Part shown: piece after piece, positions 53,743 through 63,260 of the stretch
Numbering within the stretch: the first letter of the stretch is position 1
How the letters are laid out: the number at the start of each line of letters is the position of its first letter
DNA from: Acidimicrobiales bacterium
Lineage (GTDB): Bacteria; Actinomycetota; Acidimicrobiia; Acidimicrobiales; SZUA-35
Assembly: GCA_050330635.1 (NCBI GenBank)
Contig: JBHJNQ010000057.1
Location: forward strand, 42,570-106,569
DNA: 64,000 bases
Direction of reading: 5' to 3'
The notes under the pieces: generated by a model
What the model was told of the DNA's origin: nothing
What the model saw: the letters and a program-made list of their open reading frames with translations, nothing else
Databases searched by the model: none
Made by a program: the position numbers and the translations under genes

Positions 53743-54576
53743 TCAGGTGTCCGACGGCGGGAGGGGCGGGAGGAGGATCTGAGCCTGCTGGCAGTAGGCC
53801 AGCTCCGACCCGTCCGGGCCGCAGAACACGGCGTCGCTCGTCGACCACCAGCGGCCCCTGCGCTGCTCGTTGCCGATCCACCGGCCGGCCACGGTGATGG
53901 CCAGCGGGGCCCGCATCGGCGCCAGGTACTGGACCCGGCCCGTGGTGTGGATGCCGGCGGCGAAGCGGTAGCTGTGCCGGATCAACGGGGTCATCTGTCC
54001 CGGCACCCACGACGGGTGGGCCCGGGGGTGGTCGCCGTCGTGGTAGCGGGGGTGGTGATCGCCGAGCCGGACGGCCGACCAGGCCCGGGCCGACTCGACG
54101 GTGAGGTCGACGGCCATCGGCGGGTAGTCGGTCCCCACGGGCGCCTCCTCCGGCTGGAGGAGGGGCCGCTCGGTGGCGGGAGGTGCGGCCTCCCGCCGGG
54201 TCGGGCGCTGCCACTGATCATGGAACGGCGCCAGACCGAGGCCGGCACCGCCCTCCACGGTGGCCTTGCCCTCGTCGTTGCGTTGGACGTAGTGGCAGCG
54301 GCCGTCGCCGGTGAGGGTGGCCGTCGTGGTCAGGTGGTCGCCGGTGAACACCGGACGGAGCAGGGCCAGGTCGGCCCAGCCACGATCGAGCCACCCCTCG
54401 CCCAACAGCTCCAGGATGGCGGCCGCCGCCCACCCGTAGCTCGACAGGCCGGCCACGATGGGCCGGTCGTAGCCGTAGGCGGTGGCCCCGGCGGCGTGGA
54501 TCGGGTTGGCCCGTTGGATCTCCGGCGGGTCCTCGATGGCGACGAACTCGGTCACGGTCTCGGTGTCGGTGGTCAT
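53743..54576 (-). CDS. MaoC-like / hotdog-fold protein (two-lobed)
   Basis: Internal ATG at 54576. RANPIHAAGATAYGYDRPIVAGL is MaoC-like. The assignment of the second half is weaker. Confidence 0.55.
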   Translation of the reverse strand: MTTDTETVTEFVAIEDPPEIQRANPIHAAGATAYGYDRPIVAGLSSYGWAAAAILELLGEGWLDRGWADLALLRPVFTGDHLTTTATLTGDGRCHYVQRNDEGKATVEGGAGLGLAPFHDQWQRPTRREAAPPATERPLLQPEEAPVGTDYPPMAVDLTVESARAWSAVRLGDHHPRYHDGDHPRAHPSWVPGQMTPLIRHSYRFAAGIHTTGRVQYLAPMRAPLAITVAGRWIGNEQRRGRWWSTSDAVFCGPDGSELAYCQQAQILLPPLPPSDT

Positions 54577-54718
54577 GGGTGGCTCCCCCGTCGTGCGGTC
54601 CCCGAACCCTCCCCCACCCCGGTCCCGTCCCGCAAGAACGGCCGCCGCCGATCCGACGTCCCGTCGGCGGCCGACCTGGCGAGGCGTCGTCGCCTCGGCG
54701 ACCGCTAAGGTGCCGACC

Positions 54719-56377
54719 ATGACTCCCGGCCGGCGAACGTTGCCTCCCGACACCGTCGAGGCCTACCACCGCAACGGGTGGTGGTCGTCGACCACCGTCG
54801 TCGACGACCTGCTGGCGCAGGTGGCGACCCGGCCCGACCGGACGGCCGTCGTCAGCTACCGGTCCGGCCACCCCGAGCCCGAGCGGCACACCTTCGCCGA
54901 CCTCGACCGGCTCAGCCGGCGGGTGGCGGGGGCCCTGATCGACCTCGGCGTCGAGCGGGGCGACGTCGTGTCGATGCAGCTCCCCAACAGCTGGCCCTTC
55001 CCCGTTCTCGTCTACGGCATCCTCCGGGCCGGCGCCGTGGTCAACCCGTTGGTCCCCATCTTCCGCAGCCGGGAGCTGTCGTTCGTCCTGGGGCGGACGG
55101 AGAGCCGGGTCCTCGTCGTCCCCGACCGGTTCCGGGGCCACGACCACCAGGCCATGGCCCTCGACCTCGTCGGCTCCACTCCCGGTCTGGAGCACGTCAT
55201 CGTCGTCGGCGACGGCACCGGCCCCGACGCCATCGACTTCGCCTCCTTCGTCCTCGACCGGCCCTGGGAGGACGAGCCCGGCCTCGACGACGAGCTGGCC
55301 CGACGGGCCCCGGCGGCCGACGACCTCGTCCAGATCCAGTTCACGTCGGGCACCACCGGCGAACCCAAGGGTGTCCTCCATTCTCACAACACGATCCGCT
55401 CCGGTTCCCGACCGGTCGACGAGGTCTACGGCCTCGGCCCGGACGACGTCTGCTTCATGGCGTCGACCCTGGCCCACCAGACCGGTTTCGGCTACGGGAT
55501 GACCGCCTCGCTGGGCCGGGGAATGACGGTCGTCTACCAGGACGTGTGGGACCCGGAGCAGATGCTCGACGCGGTGGCGGCCGAGGGCATCACGTGGACG
55601 GTGTCGGCCACCGCCTTCGCCATGGACATGGTGGCGGCCCAGCGTCGAGCGCCCCGCGACCTGTCGACGTTCCGCTACTTCATCTGCGGGGGTGCCCCGA
55701 TCCCACCCAAGGTGGTGGAGGAGGCGGCCGAGGTGCTGGGAGCCGAGCTGATCGCGGTGTGGGGCATGACCGAGAACATGATCGTGACCACCACCCGACC
55801 GGGCGACCCGGTGGAGCTCGTGTCGGACTCCGACGGCATCCCGGTCGACTGGATGGAGATCAGGATCATCGACGAGGACGGGCGACCGGTCGGCGTGAAC
55901 GGCTCGGGCGCGCTCCAGATCCGGGGACCCAACCAGGCGCTCGGCTACTACCACCGCCCCGACCTGTACGCCGCCGCCAACCCCGAGGGCGAGTGGTTCG
56001 ACACCGGCGATGTGGCCCGTCTCCGGCCCGACGGTGGGATACGCATCGTGGGGCGGACCAAGGATCTGGTGATCCGGGGCGGCGAGAACATCCCGGTCGC
56101 CGAGGTCGAGGATCTCCTGCTCCGCCACCCCGCGGTGGCCGACGTGGCCGTGGTCGCCATGCCCGACGACCGGCTGGGTGAGCGGGCCTGCGCCGTGATC
56201 ACCGCAGACGGCGAACCGCCCACCTTGGCCGAGCTGACCGCCTTCTGCCAGGAGGCGGGGATGGCCAAACAGTTCTGGCCGGAACGGCTGGAGGTGGTCG
56301 ACGAGTTCCCCCGCACCCCGTCGGGCAAGATCCAGAAGTTCAAGCTCCGCCAGACCCTGGCGGGCGAGGAGGGGTGA
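54719..56377 (+). CDS. AMP-dependent acyl-CoA ligase
   Basis: Internal ATG at 54719. Motifs are FTSGTTGEPKGV, WGMTE, EWFDTGD, GRTKDLVIRGGENI and PRTPSGKIQK. Confidence 0.9.
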   Translation: MTPGRRTLPPDTVEAYHRNGWWSSTTVVDDLLAQVATRPDRTAVVSYRSGHPEPERHTFADLDRLSRRVAGALIDLGVERGDVVSMQLPNSWPFPVLVYGILRAGAVVNPLVPIFRSRELSFVLGRTESRVLVVPDRFRGHDHQAMALDLVGSTPGLEHVIVVGDGTGPDAIDFASFVLDRPWEDEPGLDDELARRAPAADDLVQIQFTSGTTGEPKGVLHSHNTIRSGSRPVDEVYGLGPDDVCFMASTLAHQTGFGYGMTASLGRGMTVVYQDVWDPEQMLDAVAAEGITWTVSATAFAMDMVAAQRRAPRDLSTFRYFICGGAPIPPKVVEEAAEVLGAELIAVWGMTENMIVTTTRPGDPVELVSDSDGIPVDWMEIRIIDEDGRPVGVNGSGALQIRGPNQALGYYHRPDLYAAANPEGEWFDTGDVARLRPDGGIRIVGRTKDLVIRGGENIPVAEVEDLLLRHPAVADVAVVAMPDDRLGERACAVITADGEPPTLAELTAFCQEAGMAKQFWPERLEVVDEFPRTPSGKIQKFKLRQTLAGEEG

Positions 56378-56442
56378 CGTGACGCTCGGGATCTACCCTC
56401 CACCGCCCCCCTCGACATCGTGGCGGGGAGGGGCCGGGGCCC

Positions 56443-57438
56443 TCAGGTGGCGTAGCGGACGTCGCCGACCTTGGGCGTCCGGTGGCGGGCCGAGTGGGCC
56501 ATGCGCATCCCGTCCCACACCAGTGACGAACGGCCGGCGGCCGTAGCCACGAGACGCTTCGGTCCACCGAGGCGCGGCGCCGCCGCCAGTAGTTCCCGCT
56601 GGGACGCCACCCGACCCTCGGCCCCCGACCCCATGAGGCGGGTGGCCCTGGCCCAGCGCAGACCGGCCCAATAGCGGGCGATCTCGTCGAGCACGGGCCC
56701 GGCGTCGGCGCTGTCGTCGAGGATGTGGCGGAAGACGCGATCCTCCATTTCGGCGAAACCCTGGGACGTGGCGGCGCCGGGATGGACCCGGTACTCGGTC
56801 AGCCGCTCGGGCACGTAGTAGAGGCCGGCTCCCCGCTTGATCAGCTGGTACGAGGTCCAGATGTCGTAGAGCTCGACCCCGTCGCTGTAGTCGCAGGCCG
56901 CCAGCGCATCGCGTCGCAGCACAGCGGCATACGCCGGCTGGGGCGCGTTCCACACCGCGACCAGGCGGAGGCCCTCGGCCAGGTCGTAGTCGAGGCGACC
57001 GGCGGGGAGGACGTCGCGATGGGTCCGGGCCGTCTCGGCCTCGGTGTACTCGACGAGCCGGTTGCCGTGCTGGTCGATCTGCCAGAAGTCGGTGAAGGCC
57101 ATGGCGATCGTCTCGTCGGCCAGCATGGGAGGCACGGTCGTGGCCAGGAAATCGGGGTGCCACCGGTCGTCGTCGTGGAGGGTGGCGACCAGTGGGGTCT
57201 CGACCCGGTCGAGGAGGTCCAACCAGTTGCCGAGCGAACCGAGGCCGGGCCGATTCCGGTGGTAGTGGACGCGAGGGTCATCGACGGCGGCGACCACCTC
57301 CTCGGTGGCGTCGGACTCGCTGTTGTCGCCGATGAGCACGACGATGTCGCCGTAGGTCTGGGCCAGCGCCGAGCCGAGGGCCTCACCGATCAACTCGGCT
57401 CGTTCATAGGTAGGCATCACAACGGTCAGCGCTGTCAT
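56443..57438 (-). CDS. Family-2 glycosyltransferase
   Basis: Motifs are LTVVMPTYERAELIGEALGSALAQTY, IGDNSESD and LHDDDRW. Confidence 0.82.
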   Translation of the reverse strand: MTALTVVMPTYERAELIGEALGSALAQTYGDIVVLIGDNSESDATEEVVAAVDDPRVHYHRNRPGLGSLGNWLDLLDRVETPLVATLHDDDRWHPDFLATTVPPMLADETIAMAFTDFWQIDQHGNRLVEYTEAETARTHRDVLPAGRLDYDLAEGLRLVAVWNAPQPAYAAVLRRDALAACDYSDGVELYDIWTSYQLIKRGAGLYYVPERLTEYRVHPGAATSQGFAEMEDRVFRHILDDSADAGPVLDEIARYWAGLRWARATRLMGSGAEGRVASQRELLAAAPRLGGPKRLVATAAGRSSLVWDGMRMAHSARHRTPKVGDVRYAT

Positions 57439-57454
57439 CGGGCTTCCTTCATGC

Positions 57455-57610
57455 TCATCTCAGGGGTCGCTCCCCGATCGGATCCACGTGGTGGTGGCCG
57501 ATCGCTCGGTCTTCGTCCAGCAGACCGGCGTCCAGGAGCCGACGCGCCGCCTCGGCGACGTCGGCTGTGGGCAGGCCGGCCCCTTGGGCCAACTCGTCGA
57601 GGGCGAGGTG
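57455..57610 (-). pseudogene. Relic of a winged-helix regulator (HTH only)
   Basis: The tail of the junk ORF 57455..58285 reads HLALDELAQGAGLPTADVAEAARRLLDAGLLDEDRAIGHHHV..*, a typical IclR/MarR-type HTH. The only in-frame start upstream is a TTG that would give 45 aa. Confidence 0.4.
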
Positions 57611-57723
57611 GCGACGGCGACGCTGAGCAGCCGGAGGTTGGTCGACTCCAGCGAAGCCGACGTCACGGTACCGCCTGTGGCACGAAACAGCCCCCGAGGG
57701 CCGAGCCGGGGTCCGCCCCGGGT

Positions 57724-58644
57724 TCAGACGTCGGTCCCGTCCGCCGACGGATCGTCGACCGGCTCCACCGCCTCGGTCACGTAGCGGCGTTCCGCCTCGT
57801 CCCACCCCGGGTAGTCGACGAGCTCGTACAGCTCCTGGCGGGTCATCAGGCGGTCGAGCAGGCCCCGCTGGGTCCCGGTGGCGGCCAGCTCGGCCATGGC
57901 GGCGTCGACCGCGGCCAGCATGGCGCGGAAGGCGAGCATGGGGAAGATGACGACGTCGTAGCCGAGGGCCTCGAACTGACCGGCGTCGAGGTAGGGCGTC
58001 CTGCCGAACTCGGTCATGTTGGCCAGGAGCGGCGCCCCGACCCCGGCGGCGGCGAACGCCCCCAGCTCGTCGGCCGAGGTCAGGGCCTCGGCGAAGATCA
58101 CGTCGGCCCCGGCCCGCACATAGCGGCCGGCCCGGTCGATGGCGGCCCCGAGCCCCTCGACGGCGGCGGCGTCGACCCGGGCGATGATCACGAAGTCGTC
58201 GTGGCGCCTGGCGTCGCAGGCGGCCCGGATCTTGCCCTCCATCTCCGCCGCCGGGACGAGACGCTTCCCGGCGAGGTGGCCGCACCGCTTGGGGCTCTCC
58301 TGGTCCTCGATGTGGACGCCGGCCACCCCGGCCCGCTCGAAGGCCCGGACCGTGCGGATCACGTTGAGGGCGTTGCCGAAACCGGTGTCGGCGTCGCAGA
58401 TCACGGGGACGTCGACGGCGTCGGCGATGCGGGCGGCGTTGTCGACCAGCTCGTCGAGGGTGCCGAGAGCGATGTCGGGAAGACCGAGCCGGCCGTTGAC
58501 CGTGCCCGCCCCCGTCATGTAGACGGCCTCGAACCCGTGGCAGGCGATGATACGGGCGGTGATGGCATCGTGGGCCCCGGGGGCGACGACGATGCCCGGC
58601 GCGGCCAGCAGCTGGCGGAACCGGGCTCCCGGACCGGTCGTCAC
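57724..58644 (-). CDS. Isocitrate-lyase/PEP-mutase superfamily enzyme (methylisocitrate-lyase-like)
   Basis: GTG at 58644 (VTTGPGARFRQLL). Motifs are YMTGAG, ICDADTGFGNALNV, HIEDQESPKRCGHLAGK, ARVDA and FAEAL. It has a GTGA overlap with the upstream gene. Confidence 0.85.
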   Translation of the reverse strand: MTTGPGARFRQLLAAPGIVVAPGAHDAITARIIACHGFEAVYMTGAGTVNGRLGLPDIALGTLDELVDNAARIADAVDVPVICDADTGFGNALNVIRTVRAFERAGVAGVHIEDQESPKRCGHLAGKRLVPAAEMEGKIRAACDARRHDDFVIIARVDAAAVEGLGAAIDRAGRYVRAGADVIFAEALTSADELGAFAAAGVGAPLLANMTEFGRTPYLDAGQFEALGYDVVIFPMLAFRAMLAAVDAAMAELAATGTQRGLLDRLMTRQELYELVDYPGWDEAERRYVTEAVEPVDDPSADGTDV

Positions 58645-59690
58645 CGGAGCACCACGTAGGCCTCGCCCCGCAGGAGGCGGCGGGCCGTCCTGGTCACCCC
58701 GACCGAACGGACGGTGGTGCCCTCGACGTCGACCCTGATATCGACCACCCCCTTGGGGTGGCGGAGGCGGACCGTGGCCGGCCCGCCCCCCGCCGCCGCC
58801 GGCTGGCACATCTCGGCCACGACCGTGCCGGCGAGGCGGGCGGCGGCCCCGGTGCACAGAGCACCGGTCATGGGGAAGGCGTGGTGGAGCCGTTGCATCG
58901 ACGTGGCCCGCCCCACGAGGTCGGCGTCCCCGTCGGCGTGGCCCGGCGGCCCGACGACGGCGAGGCGGGGCACGGCCCGGGAGTCGAGACCGACCAGGGC
59001 GCCGCAGGCCGAGCGGACGGCCTCCAGGTGGGCGAGGTCGGTCAGGTCCACGTCGCTCGCCCTGACGAAGGCGTGGGGGCTGGTGATGTCGACGATCGAC
59101 GCCTCGATCGTGGTGCCGTCGGCCAGGGTCACCCGGTCGACGGGGTGGCCGGTCGGCAGCACCGCCCCCAGCACCGAGCCGCCGGGATCGAGGTAGTCGG
59201 TGACGATGGCCGGCCCGGTGCCGGGGACCCCGGCGATGGCGAGCTCGCCCTCGACCGCGGCCCGCCCCCCGTCGAGGGGCACGACGGTGCGGATCCGGAC
59301 CCCGGTGTTGAGGTTGCGGAGCACCAGGGAGACCTCGGGGCCATCGGCCGCCGGTACCAGCCCGTTGTCGACGGCGTAGGGCCCGACGGCGGTCGTGAGG
59401 TTCCCGCAGTTCCCGGCGTAGTCGACGACGGGCTCGTCGATCGCCACCTGGGCGAACAGGTAGTCGACGTCGCATCGCTCGGCGTCGGACGGCCCGACCG
59501 CCACCACCTTCGAGGTGCTCGAGTGGGTGCCGCCCAGCCCGTCGAGCTGCATCGGGTCGGGGCTGCCGAGCAGGGCGAGGAGGAAGCGGTCGCGGTCGGG
59601 GCCCGGTGGCGGCAGGTCGGCGGCGTCGACGAACACCCCCTTGCTCGTGCCGCCCCGCATGACGGTGGTGGCGATCCGGTGTTCGGTCAC
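58641..59690 (-). CDS. PrpF-family isomerase (methylaconitate / methylitaconate isomerase-like)
   Basis: GTG at 59690 (VTEHRIATTVMRGGTSKGVF). Motifs are GLGGTHSSTSKV, YAGNCGNL and HHAFPMTGALCTG. It has a GTGA overlap with the upstream gene. Confidence 0.82.
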   Translation of the reverse strand: MTEHRIATTVMRGGTSKGVFVDAADLPPPGPDRDRFLLALLGSPDPMQLDGLGGTHSSTSKVVAVGPSDAERCDVDYLFAQVAIDEPVVDYAGNCGNLTTAVGPYAVDNGLVPAADGPEVSLVLRNLNTGVRIRTVVPLDGGRAAVEGELAIAGVPGTGPAIVTDYLDPGGSVLGAVLPTGHPVDRVTLADGTTIEASIVDITSPHAFVRASDVDLTDLAHLEAVRSACGALVGLDSRAVPRLAVVGPPGHADGDADLVGRATSMQRLHHAFPMTGALCTGAAARLAGTVVAEMCQPAAAGGGPATVRLRHPKGVVDIRVDVEGTTVRSVGVTRTARRLLRGEAYVVLR

Positions 59691-61186
59691 CGCCGCTCGG
59701 CGGCGCTGGCGCCGGCGATCCGACCGAACACCGCCCCCCGCACCAGTCCCGACCCGGCCGGGTAGTTGTGGAAGAAGAAGCCGCCGGCGATCTCGCCGGT
59801 AGCGTAGAGGCCGGTCAGCGGGCGGCCCGTCGTGTCGATGACCCGGGCCGAGGTGTCGATCCGCAACCCGCCGTAGGTGAACGTGATGCCGCAGCAGACC
59901 GGATAGGCCACGAACGGCGGCGAGTCGAGGGGCAGCGCCCAGTTGGACTTGGGCGGCACGAGGGCCGGGTCGGTGCGGCGGCCGTCGAGGGTGAAGGGCT
60001 CGAACGGCCCGCTCGCCGAGGCGGCGGCGTTGAACGCCGCCACAGTCCGCTCGGTGGCCTCGACCGGGAGGCCGAGCTTGGCCGCCAGCTCGCCGATCGA
60101 GCCGGCCTCGACCGGGGTCCCGGTGGCGTAACGGGGTTCGAGGAGGCGGACGGTGCGCTGGTCGAAGACCTGGACGGCCCACGCTCCCGGCTGCTGGCGG
60201 ATGGCCGAGCCGGTCTTGGCGTACGTCAGCCACACCTCGTCGGAGGCCTCGTCGACGAAGCGCTCGCCGTTCTGATTCAGCAGGATCGAGTACGGATACG
60301 AATAGCGGCTCAGCTTGTCGGTCATCGACAGCTGACCGACGGGCGGGGCGTCGGCGTCGAGGGGTGAGGCGTGGGCGCCGCTCCAGTGGCCGGCGGGGGC
60401 AGCCCCGGCGGACAGGGCGGCGTCGAGCATGGTGCCCATGTTGAACGCCGTGCCCCTGACCTTGACCAGATCCCATCCGGGGCCGAGGTGCTGGAGTCGC
60501 TTCTGGGGGTTGGACTCGAAGCCCCCGGAGGCGAGCACGACCGCCCCCCGGTAGTGATCGAAGTCGTCGCCGCCGCGGACCACCACGCCCCGACACGTCG
60601 AGCCGTCCATGAGCAGCCCATGGGCCGGAGCGTCGTGGACGACCTCGATCCGCTCGTCGCCGTCTACGGCATCGAACAGGTCGTGCATCAGACCGAGGCC
60701 CTCGTGGGTGGCCCGGAGCGCACCTCCCGGCGGGAGGACGTAGGTCTCCGACGGATCGAAGTTCTCGGGGTCGAAGAGCTTGTCGACGACGAGCTCCCAG
60801 CGCACCCCCCGCTCGGCCATCCACGCCACCGTCTCGTACGACCGGCCCACCATCTCGGCGATAAGCTCGGGGTCGCTCCGCCCCTGGGAGGTGGTGCGGA
60901 GGTCGCCCAGGTAGCGCTCGGGGGGATAGGGGTCGAGCTCGACCTTGTCGGCCCAGTGGAGGGCCTCGGGCGTCAGGAGCGGCCGGAGGTGATCCATGCC
61001 GTCGTGGGCGATCCGGAAGATGCCCCCCGAGAACCGGCTGTTGCCACCCCGGGTGGTGACCGGCGCCGCCTCCAGCACGATGACGGACGCCCCGGCCTCA
61101 CTCGCCGCCAGGGCGGCCACCAGCGCCGCGTTCCCGGCACCAACCACGATCACATCGGCCCGTCGCTCGATCCCCATGGCTGGCAC
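59687..61186 (-). CDS. FAD-dependent dehydrogenase of the TcuA (tricarballylate dehydrogenase) / fumarate-reductase flavoprotein type
   Basis: Motifs are DVIVVGAGNAALVAALAASEAGASVIVLE, RGGNSRFSGG, ASGGFE and GLYATGEIAGGFF. Confidence 0.78.
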   Translation of the reverse strand: MPAMGIERRADVIVVGAGNAALVAALAASEAGASVIVLEAAPVTTRGGNSRFSGGIFRIAHDGMDHLRPLLTPEALHWADKVELDPYPPERYLGDLRTTSQGRSDPELIAEMVGRSYETVAWMAERGVRWELVVDKLFDPENFDPSETYVLPPGGALRATHEGLGLMHDLFDAVDGDERIEVVHDAPAHGLLMDGSTCRGVVVRGGDDFDHYRGAVVLASGGFESNPQKRLQHLGPGWDLVKVRGTAFNMGTMLDAALSAGAAPAGHWSGAHASPLDADAPPVGQLSMTDKLSRYSYPYSILLNQNGERFVDEASDEVWLTYAKTGSAIRQQPGAWAVQVFDQRTVRLLEPRYATGTPVEAGSIGELAAKLGLPVEATERTVAAFNAAASASGPFEPFTLDGRRTDPALVPPKSNWALPLDSPPFVAYPVCCGITFTYGGLRIDTSARVIDTTGRPLTGLYATGEIAGGFFFHNYPAGSGLVRGAVFGRIAGASAAERR

Positions 61187-61245
61187 ACTACGCCACCGCC
61201 GGGTGGGGCCGACAAGCCCCCGGCCTTGGGTTCCCCACCCACCGG

Positions 61246-61497
61246 GTGTCGGTGGCGGCCCTGGTCAGCCCGCTGTACCCCCGCAACAGCAGGGAGGCTC
61301 ACCGCCACATGCTCGACCACACCCGCTGCCGCGCCCTCGTCGTGTCGGCGTCACAGGCCGACGCCGTGGCCGGGATCGCCGACGAGGTGCCATGGCTGAA
61401 CCATGTGCTCGTGCGCGACGATGGCTACGAGGGGTGGTTGGCGGCGCAGCCGTCGACCGATCCCGACCCCGAGGTCTCCCCCGAGCGCGAACCCCCA
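61246..61497 (+). pseudogene. Internal fragment of an AMP-dependent (benzoate-CoA-ligase-like) ligase gene
   Basis: VAALVSPLYPRNSREAHRHMLDHTRCRALVVSASQADAVAGIADEVPWLNHVLV corresponds to roughly residues 80-170 of such ligases. No SSGSTG P-loop and no C-terminal domain follow. Confidence 0.45.
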
Positions 61498-61682
61498 CTG
61501 GGAGGGCCACGACCGCCGGGTCGCCGGCAGCTGATCGACCATCCGGATCCCATCACGCCGGGCCGCGCCCCGATCGCCGGGCGTACCGGGCCCCCGACCG
61601 GCCGGGCGACCGACGTCGTCTTTCGTCCCGCCGCCGGGGTCGGTAGTGTCCTGGCGTCAGCGATGCCGGGCAAGGGGGAACC

Positions 61683-62639
61683 ATGCCGACGCCACCATCC
61701 GAAGAACAGATCCTGGGCTGGTTCGACGAACTGTCGAACTGGGAGCGCTGGGGTCCGGACGATCGGCTGGGGACCCTCAACCACCTCACGCCCGACAAGC
61801 GGGTGGCCGCGGCCCGGCTCGTGACCGAGGGTGTGTCGGTTTCGTGCAGCTGGGACATCCGGACCGGCCGCCAGCCCGGGGCCACGGTCGAGTCGCAGCG
61901 CTACATGCTGTCGACCGGGCTCGGCCTGGAGGAGGAGGGTCGTCGCGGTCTGATGGGCGAGGGCCGGGCCGGGGGCGCCCAGGAGTACATCGGCATGGTC
62001 TTCCATGGCCTCGACGTGACCCACCTCGACTCGCTGGCCCACCTGTTCTGGGACGGCAAGATGTACGGCGGGGCGCCGGCGTCGCTCGTGTCCGACCGCC
62101 AGGGCGCCCTCAAGCACGACGTGCTGGCGGTGCAGGACGGTGTCACGACCCGCGGCGTCCTGCTCGACATCGCCCGCCTGCGGGGCGTCGACGTGCTCGA
62201 CGCCGACGATCACGTCTACCCCGAGGACCTCGAGGCGGCCGAGGAGGCGGCGGGGATCCGTTGCGAGCCCGGCGACGTCCTGCTCGTCCGCACCGGTGAG
62301 GGTGGGGCCCGGCGGACCCAGCGACGCGACTACAACGCCAACAAGCCCCGATCCGGCTACCAGGCGGCGTGCCTGCCGTGGCTCCACGAGCGCGGCATCG
62401 CCATGATCGGCTCCGACGTTGCCCAGGATCCGACCCCGTCGGGCTACCGCAACGTGATCATGCCGGTGCACATGGTCGGCATCGTGGCCATGGGGCTGTG
62501 GTTGATCGACAACTGCCAGCTCGAGGATCTGGCCACGGCGTGCGCCGAACGCCAGCGTTGGGAGTTCCAGTTCATGCTCTCCCCCATCCGCTTCCAGGGG
62601 GTGACCGGTAGCCCGGTGAACCCGCTGGCCGTGTTCTGA
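61683..62639 (+). CDS. Putative cyclase / kynurenine-formamidase-like metallohydrolase
   Basis: ATG is preceded by GGGGGAA. Motifs are FHGLDVTHLDSLAHLF (HxxxHxDxxxH-like) and IGSDVAQD. Confidence 0.72.
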   Translation: MPTPPSEEQILGWFDELSNWERWGPDDRLGTLNHLTPDKRVAAARLVTEGVSVSCSWDIRTGRQPGATVESQRYMLSTGLGLEEEGRRGLMGEGRAGGAQEYIGMVFHGLDVTHLDSLAHLFWDGKMYGGAPASLVSDRQGALKHDVLAVQDGVTTRGVLLDIARLRGVDVLDADDHVYPEDLEAAEEAAGIRCEPGDVLLVRTGEGGARRTQRRDYNANKPRSGYQAACLPWLHERGIAMIGSDVAQDPTPSGYRNVIMPVHMVGIVAMGLWLIDNCQLEDLATACAERQRWEFQFMLSPIRFQGVTGSPVNPLAVF

Positions 62640-62652
62640 GGCTCCGACGACG

Positions 62653-63132
62653 GTGCCCGCCATCGACACCCCCCTGCTCATCGTGGGCCACGGCCCGTCG
62701 GCCCTGGTGGCGGCCAAGGTCCTGAGCGCCAGGGGCATCCCCTCGGTCGTCGCCGGCCACGTGCCGGTCGACGACGGGACGCCGGTCGTGCTCGACGCCA
62801 CAGCCCTCGCCATCCTGGAACCGAACGGGGTGCTCGGCGTGCTCCGTCCCTACGCCGGCACGCAGGATCCGTTCACGATCGCCCCCCTGGCCTTCGAGCA
62901 CGCCCTCAAACACCACTGCGTCGCCGACATGCTGATCACCGTATTCGACGGCATGACGCTGGCCGGACCGGTCGAGGGCGAGGGCCCGTCGACCGGGGTG
63001 TTGACCGACGGCCGCTCGCGCTGGGAGGTCCGGGCCGACGCCGTGCTCGACACCGCCACCCTGCCCACCGGGCTCAACGCCGCCATCCGGGCCGGGGCCG
63101 AGGCCGCTGCCGCCCTCGCCGCCCCGGCGTGA
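62653..63132 (+). CDS. Short protein resembling the N-terminal half of a PHBH-fold flavoprotein monooxygenase
   Basis: GTG start. LLIVGHGPSALVAAKVL is a GxGxxA dinucleotide fold. The region ..TDGRSRWEVRADAVLD is also present. At 159 aa it lacks the C-terminal FAD/substrate half. Confidence 0.5.
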   Translation: MPAIDTPLLIVGHGPSALVAAKVLSARGIPSVVAGHVPVDDGTPVVLDATALAILEPNGVLGVLRPYAGTQDPFTIAPLAFEHALKHHCVADMLITVFDGMTLAGPVEGEGPSTGVLTDGRSRWEVRADAVLDTATLPTGLNAAIRAGAEAAAALAAPA

Positions 63133-63260
63133 CGGCGACGCCGGACGTCGATCTCGTCGAGGAGGACCGAGCCGTTCACCGTCCGTTCGCCCGCCGGCCG
63201 GCCGATGATCGTCGAATGATCAGCCGACGGTCACCACCTTGAGCAAGGTTCATCCACTAC

